Shown: piece after piece, positions 49,827 through 63,959 of the stretch | Position numbering within the stretch: the stretch's first letter is position 1 | Layout of the letters: each line of letters opens with the position of its first letter | Translations under genes and position numbers: made by a program | Notes under the pieces: generated by a model | What the model was told of the DNA's origin: nothing | The model's input: only the letters and a program-made list of their open reading frames with translations | Databases searched by the model: none | Assembly (NCBI GenBank): GCA_051294905.1 | Contig: CM119377.1 | Span: forward strand, 9,796,001-9,860,000 | Direction: 5' to 3' | Length of the DNA stretch: 64,000 nucleotides | DNA from: Botryllus schlosseri | Lineage: Eukaryota

Positions 49827-52800
49827 CATCGCAGATTGGGTCCGTATATTTTGTTCCAAAAATTCCGTTGACGCGAAGGATAAGAATTAGACATAAAAAG
49901 TACACACACATATCCTGAAATTGTTTCATCTCCACGGCGGGAGTATGATTTTGAATGCTATTGTCCTGTTAACAACTTTCTTTATGTTATTTGTGAACGA
50001 GAAAGGCGAAGTCGTGTTTGTCCAAGGTTGTTTGTCACAAATACGAGCTTGTGAAGAACCAGTCGTTTACATAATATCTCCGAATCCGCATTTTGGAATA
50101 AAAAGATGAAACGTTGACATGTGTGATGTGCACCACTATATATACTGTCTCAGATAATTTCCTAGAGTGACGCAAGATCTTGTCATTTTTTCGAAATACA
50201 AAACAGTAATGAATATATGAAATCCGATTTCAAGAGACGGATAAGCGAAAAATGAATGAAACTGCAAGTGGTGCATATTTCATGTGTAATGATATCGAAA
50301 GTCGTTATCATGACGGAAGGATCAAATAATTCATCATATGCATGGGTGGTAAAATCCGGTCAATGATTAGAGATTTTCTAGCATCACATAAGATGTAGGT
50401 TAACAGTGTGCTTCTCAGGTTGGACCAAGTCCACTACAATTTTCCTTAGAAGAAATTAACAAGTGTTAGTGTGCAGTTGTATATTTTGAGGCGATATGAC
50501 CCGTGCACTTTCCACGACTTGTAAGTTACGATATACATATCTGTAACGAAACGAAATGCCCGATGGTGTTGTACGAAAGTATGCTATTTTGACTTTATAT
50601 ACTCACTGTTGATCGTATAAATTTTTTGCCCACTGATCAAGAGAACATTCCTATGCTATTAAAATCGATCCTGACACGGTTCCCTGTTGAGATACACATA
50701 ACGCACACCCAAAAAGATGACGGATTGACAATTAAAAACGAAAGATAATAAGGGGTAAAACTTGCTCCATTGACGAAATATATGTATTATTGCTGTTGAA
50801 CCGACTATTTTGAGGGTTCCAACCATCCCATATCGATATATGTCGGCTAAATCGGGTGGTAATTGTCAGTAGGCTAATACTATATGTTTTTTGTAAAGTA
50901 GGCCTATTTACACAATTATGGCATAATTTTACAACTTTAAAAAACACCATTTTTTTCGAAATGCCTTTTTCTAAAACACTGCTCAAAACATGTTTTCAAC
51001 AAAGTATTTTAAAACGCCGTTTGTTTTAAATGCAGCCCTAGGTCCACAGACTCCTGGCTAATAACCCCTAGAATAGAAATGTCCAATCACCGAATAATCA
51101 ATTAGTGTTACAGCTGTGGAGTGGAGCGTACCACTATCTTACTCGCCACCGGCGATAATAAAATGGATGAAGAAACCAAAGATCACCCAGGATGTATAAC
51201 TAGCTATACATAACGGGAGCAACTGGACGCCAATGGATTCCATGTGGACTTGATTAGCTAGCTATATACGCTACGCAACGCAAGCAAGGACCTTTTGATA
51301 TTTAGGCTATTCCGGGCCTGGCCCAATATAGCACATTACACTTGCAGTTGCAGGATATAAGAGGCCGACGCCTACAAAACAGACATCACGACTGACTCAA
51401 TGATTGTTTGCGATCTCACTTCTTGATCAGACGCCTCGCCATACAAGTCTAATGAAGTCGCATAACAGGCAAAAAAAACAATTAAGGGCCAAGTGACATC
51501 GTCGCAATGTATTTATCCACCAACGCAAAAGAAGAAAATGAGGGTGAGAGCAGATGATTTTATCAGAGCCATCTAGGATTGAAAAACTGAATTATGATGT
51601 CAGTGTATAGACGCATTTGTGAACAGCCTTCATGGATATCCAGTCTTTGCATCGTAATCGTAATAAGTTGCTTTCATTGCTTCTTTTTATTGTGATTTCA
51701 CCTTGAATAATGAGCGAATACACATTTTTTTCCGATGTCGTGTTCGGAGTATGAAGGAATTTTTGCGATACTTTAGCATCGCGTTGCTCTGCGATATAGA
51801 TAAGGATGTACGCTAATTTGCATGCAGGCATGTAATCCTGATTTACACGGACAGCGTGTAGGCCTACCGTGTAACTGGTAAAATTACAGTCTCGGTCGCA
51901 AATCTACAGGAAAGCATGTAGATTGGATCAGACAGAGGTGACTGTGACATTTCCGTCTGTCGTGTACAGTGAGATTACGAGATGGGTGTGAGTTAAATTT
52001 ACCTTGACTGACGGTAATGTTATATTACCGCGAAGTGTCTGGCTACCGTGCTTCCAAACATTTCGCGGTAAATGGAGGTTATTATTTTTTACAGTGTGGA
52101 TAGTACGATGCTACTATGGCATTTACAATCGCATTATTGCAAGATTATTGCCGTTATTGTTGATACTTGCAAGTTTCTGCACAAATTAACCTCATTCCTG
52201 GCTCATAAACTTTATTCATCTCTTTATTTATCTCCCTTCAGATGCTTTCCCGCCCCCAGTTTGAGAACCATCTGCGCAAAGTTCCTAGTCTGACGATCGC
52301 AAAATTAAGGTCAGCAGGACTTTGAAATCTCAACCCAGTTTTATTTTTACAACAATATTTAACACTATAGGGTGCAATAATAATTATAGAGTTGAAAAGT
52401 TCATACAAACATACACGTTAAGTCAAAAATATTTGAATATTTGAAAGGTCTCGTGATCCCTGCCATTAGCTACACGTTACATAAATACCCATTGTTGTGC
52501 TGGAATGTCAAACATTGTTATCTGAGTGTGTAAACCTGTTGGTAAATAACTCATAAATTATTTGGTTATATAACAATAATTCAACCACCCCGTCTCGTAA
52601 GTCATCATCATCGACCACCACACAATGTCACCATTTCTGTTTCTCCAGGCCACTATCGTCATTTTTAATTCGGTGTGCATGGTGCCTGATATTTAACATT
52701 TTATTTTTTGGTCACGGTCAAGGTGGTTGTTTAATTTCATTCACTATTTCAAGTCGATTCATTCCCATCGCATTGTATCGCAATCTTGTGGTGTTTTGAA

Positions 52801-55800
52801 TTGATGAAATTTCAATATACATAGCCAACCTGAACTAGATCATATTTTGACCACACCAAAACTGTTGAATTCATATATAATCTCCAGTTCACTTTGCTGC
52901 TGCGTATAGCGCTGAGCCAGGAATACATGAAACCGCATCGTAAACAGAGAATGGAACTGTAAATCAATATTCAAGCCTTTTACGAAAAGCTTCAAGACTT
53001 CAAAACCAGTGTCCTTCCTTTGTGAAGTATGGTCATTGTCTTCGATAAATCGGAACAGCACAAAAACTTGTAATCGGCGACGATACGAAATAATGGTTGC
53101 CAATAGCTATCTATATAGTCTTCCTCAATTTGGCACCTTGATATAAAAAGAGAGGAATTAGCATCGCCCCCAAATTGTACTTTGAACAGACACATGAATA
53201 TAATGCAAATTATGAAGTTATAATTTTATGTACAAGGAATCCATGGACCCATCACCTCGACACTTTAAATCTCGAAAATCATTTTATGATCAGCACAACC
53301 ATATGATAAGGATAAAATTGCTAAGTTTCGCGAAAATATCCATTTTACTGGTGAACTTTTGTTTAGCAAATAATGACTTGTAAATAAGAGTTCACTTCAC
53401 AATAGTTTTGCAACCCGACCGGCGACCATAACCGAATTTCTTGCCGCGTTTGCGATTGAAAATGGGTGTAACTGTACTCGAGTTTAAAGTTCGTCTATAT
53501 CGAATGAGCGATATTGTGTATTGCGGTTGAATTGATGTCATGTGATGAGGTTCCCTCATTACACAAATAACACGGTAACTTGACGGAGGTCTGTCTGCTC
53601 CCCAGTGTTGAAGAGACCGCATCGAGCGGTGACTAATCCCAAGGTCAAAAGCGAAGTATTTGTGGTAGGAATTGTTGGGCATTCTCGAGACAATACTCTT
53701 CTGTTGTTGCATACGTATATAGATCCTATCCTTAAATAAACAACTAATGTTTATTCGCTATATATATATTGCTGTCTTTGCGTGAGGGCTACACGGATAT
53801 TTAAAAATTCCGACATTGACACTCAAGTACTCATTAAATATCTCGCGAGATTACGTGGGAGGCAATGAGCATTCCGCTCATTCTACTTTCATTATGTCGA
53901 CGATGACATTGATCCTCTGTGTATAATGCTTTTCATGACATAACCACGGACATTAGAGGGGTGGTGAAGACTCCCCAATACAAAATGAATCATGATTCCG
54001 ACGCGGTTCACAAACTATAGAATACCATCATGCTGTTAAATAGAGCGATAACGTCCCTTTCGTTTCTCATCGGCAGCAAAGGAATGCCTAACGAGGAAAT
54101 ATCGCCGACGTTTGTCGAAGTGGTGTTAGTCATTATTTTGCATTTCTAAGCATCCCGTAATTGCGACACCGTCAAAAGACAAGATGGTGCCAAAAGAGTT
54201 GGCGCTGCCTAAAACGCAGATACAAGAGCAAGTTACAAAATTGTACCTTGACGTAAGGAAACTGCGGGAGAGAAAGTACATATTTGTAACAGCTATAATC
54301 AGACAAAATGGACGAGTACATTACAAGCATATCCACCGGCGGGCAACACGTCCATACTGTCGTATTTTCGGAAGAGCGTTATTTAAGCAATATATATCAG
54401 CATGAACAGAATAACAAAAACCACATCATATATACCAACTCATTATTTTGACAAATCATGCTATGCGAGAGGACAAATGCATCATGGCATCGTAAAAACT
54501 GTTGCGTTATAATATTGCAGATAGCGGACACTTACGGGTAGAATCAGGGCCTATACCCTACGATACATATAGTATTTCTAATTAACCAAAGATTGATCTG
54601 ATATCAGATCATTTGAGCAGTGTAGCCTAATCCTGGTTTCTGGTATAGTCCCGATAAGTAGGCTATTGTTCATCTCATTGACAAAGTCAAATTAAATCAG
54701 CGTTACATTTGCAATCGGAACTGATCAATAACAACTTAAATATAGTAAATATTGTGTCATAGTAATAGCAGTGATTCTCGCTCGACGCTCGTGGGGTAAT
54801 GAAATAATTAATTGTTACATCTTAATAAAATATATTGTGACAAAACCAATTGAATTTTAGTGTCAACACGTGAAAACGTCACTCTTCTTGACTCGCGAAA
54901 AGAACAATAATATGCTGGATTGCAGGCCTTTACATCGATGGAGTTACGAGGCTGCTTCTTACTGGTCGGTTGGTTAACAGTCTGAAATAGAAGCGAGTCG
55001 AGTAGGTGTAAAGCCCGAAGTTTTGTAGGCCGAACAAAATATGTTTTCGATACCCGGTCTACGATGTTTGAAATGGTGTATAACGCCGAATTCCAGGTCC
55101 TATTCTAGGACTGTTTAGGCCCGACTGAAGCGGTCCAATGATTTTTTTTCTGTTTTGAGTATAAGAACCAGACGATACTGGGCGCACTTCAATAAATGCT
55201 ACAGCTTTGTACCGTGTCAGTGTCATCCGGCCACGTTGGGCATGGTTCTTGCAATGCATATTAGACATAATAGTCGATGAATTTACCTTGTCGTGAAAAT
55301 TCGCTTCTTCGCAGCGCGATGTTTGGTAGGCTACCACGCATAGAAAATAAACATTCGTTGGAAGTTTGTTTCTACGATACAATCAGATATCGTGAAATAA
55401 TTTTAAAAACGGTCGTTACAGGTGCGAAACATTAAATATTTAACGTTTTGTTTGTTCACGACATGATTTTAATCCCGTAATCGTACTTAATTACTCTATC
55501 ATTAGCCTACCTATATGTCACGTTTACGAGTCCAACATGAGAGACCTGTGGCATCTATTTATTAAACTCCGGGCATTGCATGTCTGTATATTGCGTTCCG
55601 TGCAAAATACTAAAATACTAAGAGCCAAAGACAATTTCAAACCTTCAGAATATAATGTGATGTTTAATCCGCGCGAACCCCTGACGCGTTCACTACATCG
55701 TACAAACCGTATGAGTAATTGCCTTGGTAATCCGATGTAATCTGACTTCACACGTATCACTATGTGCTTTCCACGACAGGCGCATGAATTCAATTTCTTT

Positions 55801-56619
55801 GATGTATTAAGTGAGGAACACCGACAGTCCATTCTGGGAAATTTGAGTTGAATTTACCACAATCTCAAATAGAAGATTCATCGTGTACCAGTATCTTTAA
55901 CACATCATCTCTATCTCATAATTGGCGGTAATTACAAACTCCTCGTGGTACCATTAGCAACTATTAAGGCATTATCCAACGCACTACGCCCTATACTAAG
56001 CTTTCTATAATGTTTGCCTAGAACTAAAACGATGATTTCTCAAACAGGTCTAAAGCCACCCAAACGGTGACATGCTGTGTATACTTGGTTGCGCAAGGCA
56101 CAAGCAGTTTCAGACATTACATTAGCGTACCTACCTTAGGGCGAAGCGGGTCGACAAATTCTCTGGTCCGAGTCCGGTACGACTCACTTGCAGGATTCTA
56201 GAAATGACCGTGATCCTGTCCGAAAAACTCCGATAATAATTATCTACTCACAGGATGGTATCGAATATTGATTGAAACAATGCGAACAGGAAATTAAAAA
56301 CTCATAAAGATCAAAGCCAACCCTTATCTGAAATAATTATGCCAACTTGCACTTAGCATGTGGTTTATTTCCATGAGAGTCTCATTTTAACTATTGATTC
56401 AAGGGTGGAAGAGGGTAAGGTTGTCATATTCTTAGTAAAAAGTACTGATCCGGATCCGGCCGAACATGAGAAAATTTGGCAGGATGTCCAATCCGGCTCC
56501 AGTCCATGCTCCGCCTTACCTATTAGAACTAGACATAGAGCAATCAGGTATATGGTATGGGACGGGTCATATAATAAGCCCTACGTGTTATCAACATCAA
56601 TCAAGTTTAGTGCTAATAC

Positions 56620-57561
56620 CAGTGTTGGGATGACTCGAGTCATGACTTGACTCGAGTCAGACTCGAGTCACCTTTTTCGTATGACTTGACTTGACTCGAT
56701 TCACTTTGCTAAAATGACTTGACTTGACTTGACTCGGCGTATCAGAAATGGGGATGGACTCGTGACTCGGAGCGAAATTCACGAGTCAATTTCAAGTCAT
56801 CAAGTAATCGGTGTCGACAAAAATCATTGTGTCTTGCATATGATCGGATTGCTCGTGAAACGCTCGTGTAACCCGTGAGAGCGACTAATTATTCAATGAT
56901 CGTGCGTTTCACTGTGCCTTCATTGTTTTTTCCCAAATAAATTGACCGCAAACGAAGTGATCGAAGCTTATAGCTTACGATGTCGTAAACTAGTATAGTA
57001 AAGTAATTTAATAGTAAAATGTATATTTCTGTTTTCTGTTCTTACCTTAACCAAATCTCTAGGGTTATTGAAATTGAATTCGAATGTAGTTTATATAGTC
57101 ATCAACCATTGGCGCAGGCTCGAATGTATCTTATCGATTCGTTTCTCTATTCTCTATTTTGGCTCGTAACTAGAAACTGAGGCTAAGCAATTACTTACGT
57201 AGTTTAGCAGTTCTACCGTATATGTGAGCGATACAGCGCCTTCTTGCGTGTATATTCAACTCTATATTCGTTCATTGGCTCAGAATCAATGACCGCTCAA
57301 TCTGTATTTCAGACAGCCAGCAATATGTAATGTCATAATCATGCCTCACACTTCGAAAAGCCAACTTGACTTGAATTGTGACTTGACTCGTGACTTGACT
57401 TGACTTGACTCGACTTGACTCGAGTCACCTCCAAAAATCGAGTGACTTGACTTGACTCGAGTCACCTTCAAAAATCGATTGACTTGACTTGACTCGAGTC
57501 AAAATGTGCAATGACTCGAAATGACTCGTGACTCGAAGGTAGTGACTTGATCCCAACACTG
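56620..57561. mobile_element. hAT-type MITE, same family as 29104-30036
   Basis: TIRs and a perfect 8-bp TSD GCTAATAC. Confidence 0.92.
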
Positions 57562-59690
57562 GCTAATACTAGTTGGTAATTTGAAATTCATATCATAGCA
57601 CAAAGTGAAAATGTCCTGTGTACTCCGACTCATTTGAATTTCTTCACAAAGCACTTATAGAAGTCATTTCTTGCATTACTCCTATACCCGAGAGTTAAAC
57701 GGTAATTATAAATACGGAAAAGAATCACAGCATCGGTATTTTAACATTATTTTCCGATCGAGATCCATAATGCGAATTCAATTTTCGAAGGTCATGGATG
57801 TTCCGAATGATTTTTCTATAGCACGAGCTTTAAGCGATGATGCGTTACTGGAAAAATTGAAATACAGTACTTCAGCAATGGCAAGTAAAGACAAATGATA
57901 AATGATAGCTACATGCTTTCCATGTACGTACAATGTATTGTAAAATGTATGTTTATACAATACACGAACCATTAGCCTGGTTAAGATGATGTTGCAATAT
58001 TCTTTCATGTCACACCGAATCCATGATTCTATTTTAATTAAGTGATACGCGTCCTGCTCTTCGTATGCTTATAAACGGCTGAAAGTACATGTTCAATATT
58101 TTCATGATATCTGGTTTGGAGTTTGCGATATCACATGGCCTGAAACCGGCTCCGACTCAGGGTAGTGCTATTGAGCCTATTTTCGGAGTGGTGTACCCTT
58201 CAAAGTTGTAGCTCGACTCATGCATCCCCTGTCAGGTCGAGCTATACATAAACTGCGTGTGTCAGCTAAGCAAAAAAGTCATCACAGGATATATAAACTT
58301 TTGTACTGGTGCACCCCATGTACATATTCCTGCATCGTGGGGTGCGCCGTGCGCACAAGTTGAAGAGCATTGACCTAGAAGACTGGGCTAGGGACAGTAC
58401 GTCGGGTGTTTGAAGTCTATAAAATTTGAACGTCGGAATATCTTGACAAATGGGCGTATAGTTGCGTATTATCGGCAGTTCTCTCGTTTCGGATCGCACG
58501 GAACGATCTTGTTCATGGCTGATATCGTTCCGTTTCGATCTAAGATCCCAGCTGTTGCGCGCTCGATAGTAACTCAAAATGGGACGATTTGAACGACGCG
58601 TAGGTGCCGTTATTTTGCTTTGGACTCCTATAGCTAATATCACAAAAACGAAATGAGTCAATAACAACGGGAAATGTGTACACTGTACAGTGTACAACTG
58701 TACAGTACATACAATACAAGCACATATTATAATTGAAGACTATTAATGTAATTGTTGAATTCCTCATCTTTTTGATCGACTATTAGGATTGACCCTTCCG
58801 GTAATTTCCATACCAGTTGGAACTTTCATTACAACACACCGAGAGGCAGAAAATTTCGCTGACATGTTATCAGACTAATCGAAAACGACAATAAAAAGTA
58901 GATCGATTGTTTATGCATCTTCTGACCAAGGGCACAATCCTCACTTGGGATGAAAATTCAATGTATTCTATCACAGTAAAAGTATTATTATTACTAGCAG
59001 TAACATCTTGATAGTAGTGATTATCATATCACAGGTGTTGTGCGGCACGTCTGTAAAAGTATAGGTCGAAGTATTGATGTTTGACAAATAGACTGCGCTA
59101 ATTCTCTTCGACGCCGCGTGAATTTACATAATTTCGCAATCTTTAGATGTTTTAAAACGATGGAATTTTGAATGCGTATGAAAAAAGGAATCGATACTGA
59201 ATTCACAGTTAGTTAGGAAACTGTATGCTGAGACTTCGTAGCCGCCGGCGACGAATCACATCAATACAATTCGGTCCTCGCATACTGTTAACTCACAATT
59301 CCACGATTCAGAGGGAATCTATTCATTAGGATCCGCTTAATTACATTAAGTATACGGCATTTTATTGTAATTGCAAATAATTTCACAATGGCCACAATCG
59401 CGTCTGACAATGTTGCGAACCTATCCCAAGAATCGAACACTGAAGTATTTCGCTTCGTTTGGAGAATAGCCCATGATGCAGAGTTAGTAAACTATCGTGG
59501 TTACATATGACGGAAATAACGACCTGCTCGCGGCAGTTCGTAGGAAAAATGAACCGATCAAGACTATTTTGCAACGCCTAATTTCTCCTTCATATTTTCC
59601 TGCCTATGTCTCGTATTGGGTATTTAATTTCCTTCTACTTTTGTCAAGCGAGACATCATAGGCCAAAGCTGTCTCGGATTTGGAAATGCG

Positions 59691-59698
59691 CATAAAAA
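59691..59698 (+). promoter_or_regulatory. TATA-like element of gene 2
   Basis: CATAAAAA 78 nt upstream of the ATG, conserved with gene 1. Confidence 0.45.
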
Positions 59699-59768
59699 CG
59701 TGGTTCACGGCGGCTGGTGAGCAGAATCGCTAGTGCGCAATAGCTGTATTCTTGGCTAGTTGGACAAT

Positions 59769-59884
59769 ATGAAGTCTTTAATGTCATCAATCCTACTCGT
59801 GACATGTATCGCAATGCTCCTACACTCATTAACACATTGCGAAGCAAGGGTTCGTAGGACGAACATCCGAAGGTTTTCTGGAAG
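59769..59884 (+). CDS. Secreted peptide precursor gene 2, exon 1
   Basis: MKSLMSSILLVTCIAMLLHSLTHCEARVRRTNIRRFSG plus AG, followed by GTGAGT donor. Confidence 0.88.
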
Positions 59885-60183
59885 GTGAGTACTGAGTATA
59901 CCAGAAATGTTCACAATTATGTTTGTGAATAAAATAGTCCAGAAAGGGCTGATAATATACCTATCCCCATACCGGTAACACCACGCAATGTCGCTCCTCG
60001 CCTCTCGGAGACGTATATGCGGTATACACTTCGGTGTAAGGCCAACTTTATTCTAATCACCTCATTATACATTACATGAAGTCATGTTAAAGCTGTCTTA
60101 TCTCGATCCATATTTTATATGTAACGCCTCGCTTGATGTCATTACTGCATACTGTATATAATATGTTCAATTTCCTACTTCAG

Positions 60184-60308
60184 CTTTGCAAACTCTGTCG
60201 TTCGCAATTGCCGACCTATCATGCGAGCGCTGTGCCACAGAGTTATTTACAAATGCAAAATCGGCGTTTTCAGGCGAAAAAGAAGCATAAACACGGGATA
60301 TGGTCAAG
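60184..60308 (+). CDS. Secreted peptide precursor gene 2, exon 2
   Basis: ttcctacttcag acceptor and GTGAGA donor. Reads (S)FANSVVRNCRPIMRALCHRVIYKCKIGVFRRKRSINTGYGQ. Confidence 0.88.
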
Positions 60309-61627
60309 GTGAGATTAGATTGGACTTATGTGGCTTAACTATAAAACCTTTATGCGTAACATGCCGTATAGTAAATATACAGCACATTTTTATGTTTTAA
60401 TATAATGTTTCTCTAATTTCCAAGGTTGGGCTGTAGTCAATAGAAGAAATGTCAAAAGGAGAAGACGGATTCATGCTAATTGCCACACGTGCAGAAGCTG
60501 CATGTGAACGCTGAAGAACTCATCTAACATCGTAAATTTTCATATAAACCGGAAATATACGTGAATATATATGAGAAGCAGAGGGACTACTGCGCAGGCC
60601 TGAAACGATTGACTTTGAGGAAGTCTTAAGACGGTCAATGGATTCCATTTTGGTTGAAGTTATGATGACTGCTGCGATGGAAACCGCCTGTCCTTACAAC
60701 TTATTCGATTGAGATCATAATTTGGATGGGTCTTCGGAAATGATGACAACCAACCTACTGCAGTGACGTGACGGAGGAGTCACTCGCCAGTTATAACAAA
60801 TATCTATCTATCTGTCCACCTTCCTAAAGGGGTTTATCGTAAGCCCAAGCTAACCATACCCGTGGAGCAATGAAGTCTGCTCCCTGACTTATATGGATTC
60901 AAATGATCTTGGAAATAGTATATGCAAAGACGGCTGTAGAAATAGAATGCATGGAGTGACTTGTTAAATCTTAATGATAGATGATAAATTCCTCTTTACG
61001 TATCGGACACTGTGACCATGAATGTGGTGTTTAACATTCCTTTCAGATAATTTTATTTATTGTTCTTCAAATTGCATGTTTCATATTTTTCAATGTTCAT
61101 AAACTATATTACTATTCTCGACTTGATTACGATTTACGCGTATCGATTGGCACAATTTGTAATTCAAATATATGGCAATATTTATAAAGGAACTACGTGA
61201 TTGTTTCGGATTGCAGGCTGTATAAAGCCATGACTATCTGACACGTGTCCAGATGGGATGAGACGTAAAAGTGGTGTGGGATCACAAGATGCATGAAATG
61301 GTAATATTCTCGTACATAGATTAGCATTCCAAGGTCGAACTTTGGAAAACGTGCGTGAAAAATATTCGTGATGATATTTTAGTTTTCCAGTATGGATAAC
61401 TGTTGATAAGGTGTCAAGCGACCGTAGCTATATACAGTTTAGGCCAGTCCTCTTAAACCCGATGTACCGTACACTCCAAGGCAGCGGTTGATTAGCGGGG
61501 ATTCCCGAGTCAGTGTCAGGGTACCACTGGAGATTGAGACATACTCACCTTATACATATGATTCATGATAACACCGCTGTCTTGGTCATCATTGTCTGTA
61601 GCAACTAAGGCGCGTTCGGTAGTCGAG

Positions 61628-61700
61628 GTGTGGCCGTTGTGGCGGTAGGTCGTGTGCAGTTGAGGTTCGGGGCTCGAGATCCAAACCCGCCGTTCTGAAA
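61628..61700 (+). mobile_element. Degenerate tRNA-like SINE head
   Basis: tggccgttgtgg (A-box-like) and ggctcgagatcc (B-box-like), inside a block-B-specific insertion. Confidence 0.35.
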
Positions 61701-62749
61701 TTCACATTCTATATATTTCCAATAATTATCAGCTATCTTCCGTCATCACGCTGTCTCGCATTTCACACTGGTCTCTCAAAGGGAATAGCAGACGTTACAC
61801 CGAGTTGGAATAAATATTAATTTATACTGTTTTCGTTTTGTGTAAAAATCATATTTTAATATTTTTATTCCTGTAACACTTTGTTCATATACACTGCACA
61901 GTTCGTTTTGCGCTCCAATATTATATTACAAAAGTATTCTAGTGTGCAGTTAGGTGTGTAATGAGGTAGATTTTTGTTTTTGCGACTCAGGAAAATTCTA
62001 GGGTTTCCTGAAGGCTTCCAGATTAGCGAAACCGGGACCGAAACAGCACTTCATCACCTCCCCCAAATAAAACTTTAGTATATGGCTATGGCCCCCATAG
62101 TCTTGGGCACCAAGACCCCATAGCAGGTTAGAGTTTTCACCGCTGCTTGTGAGTAACATTTAATATTCTCATTACTGAGTCCATTTATTCCAAGTTTTCT
62201 ATAATTCAATAATATCGAAAATGGCATATATTGCTATAAAACTTTTTATTCTCTCTCTGCTCACGTAATCAGATTTACCTGTACAGCTGAGTGCGGTGTT
62301 GTCTTAAAAATGTCGGGCTCGTAAATAACAATTAACTATATTCGGGCGGGCCCGTTGTTAAAATGACTTCGTTACACGATGTTATTTCGTGGCCTCTTGT
62401 CTGCTTAAATCGCCCAAACGTACTAAACTAAAAGACGCACACGACTTCAAGTTGATCTTTTTTCACTGACAAATAATTTTTCTCTGCTGGGTGGCATTAG
62501 CCTTTTGGGGATCAGATTGGCAGAACAAGAACATTCGGCACCAGCCATTTAGGCGCTTATGGACATGGACAATTGAACGTATATGTATATATAATGAAGT
62601 TTTCGGTCAGTATAAGAGCAGTCCTTGCCGGTCAAGGTTTTCTCGCTGCTGATCGTTCTGGCCTATACTCCTCGGACTCTTCTCGAACTTTTACGCATGT
62701 TACATGGCCTAACACTTCATATGCTTCGGTTACGGCCGGCGCCGAAACG

Positions 62750-62973
62750 CCTATTTCTATAAATAATGCTTATTTTGTCTCGGGGGAAGGGTACCCCAAA
62801 ATCAAGATTTTTGGCAGCATGAAATCGCGCGTGGCGCGAAAAAACATTGAATGAAGTTGCATAAGTTTTGAAAATAATACTCCATAATTTCTGTTAATTC
62901 ACAAATGATTTTGGGCCCCCTTTGAGCTAGCCCCCTCAATTTGAAGGCTTGGGTTGCGTCAGTTACGGTCCTG
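62750..62973. mobile_element. Right-end fragment of the CAGGGCCGTAAC family in intron 2 of gene 2
   Basis: Matches 35640-35861 (gaaatcgcgc...aattcac...gagct.gccccc...cagttacgg.cctg). Confidence 0.7.
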
Positions 62974-63885
62974 AGCATAAGGTTCACCTTGCAGGTTCTG
63001 AAACGTTATGAACCATTGCCCCATCCAGCTTGTAAATTACAATGTAATTCTGTTGTGCTAATGGTTCATTTTGGAGTAGACCAGGATGGATTAAAAAGTG
63101 CTTAGCTTGCGACCTGTGTGTTATTTGATTCTCGAGGACCAACCGCGCTACCTCAAACTGCTTGAGTCTGTACTTCCTGCCTGGCGTTTATAAATAGTGC
63201 AATTTGCATTACCGCTATTTAAATTACAAAGTACAGTTTTCACTTAGTTGTTTGCTCCGACATAAATAATACTGAACAATGGACATAATAGGTAAGGCAT
63301 GCACATTGAATTTAAAGTAATACAATGCGGTAACATAGAAGTAATATACGATGACATGTGGCAGGTGTTGATGGGCGAGGTTGAAATTCTATGGATCTTG
63401 ATTCAGCAATCTAAAGCGCTGATCAATGTGTATGTGTTTTTGTTTCATTGGTAATTTTTATATATTCAATCTGTTCCGATTGACGAAGCAATAAAATCTC
63501 TCTCTCTCTCTCTGACTAATTATTCAGCATTATAATTGAGCATTTCCTAAACCTTGCCCATCATTATTCATATTATCATATCCACGGATCCTGTGTACTA
63601 TGTAGATTTGGGTGCACTATAATGTTGAGAGGCTCACCGTTAAAAGGGTGTACCATTCCGAAAAAGATTGAAGCGCACGGCACTGGTATAGGTCAATGGT
63701 TATAATAATACAAGTGGTGTGTTAATCATTGTAGTCTATAAACCAGAGTCACTCTTCGTGAAGCAGTCCTGACAAAAATTCGTCCTATGATGTCCCGGTC
63801 GGTGAGAAGCACAATATGGTTTAAACGTGATGGTGATATTATACAGTATTTACACACGTGTGTCTGTGTACACTGTATGTCACAG

Positions 63886-63959
63886 TTTTTCAAGGACAAT
63901 GTGTGGCCCGCAATTCTTTATACAATGTAATCCCCTCTTGGGAAGAAGATAAGACATAA
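63886..63959 (+). CDS. Secreted peptide precursor gene 2, exon 3
   Basis: tgtcacag acceptor. Reads (V)FQGQCVARNSLYNVIPSWEEDKT*. Total CDS 315 nt, 104 aa. Confidence 0.7.

Noticed and set aside
49921-50470. Signal-like ORF MILNAIVLLTTFFMLF… and a downstream segment WTKSTTISLEE resembling WEEDTTQSLLE
   Set aside because: No exon-2 equivalent with the Cys motif lies between them and the donor is weak. Probably chance.
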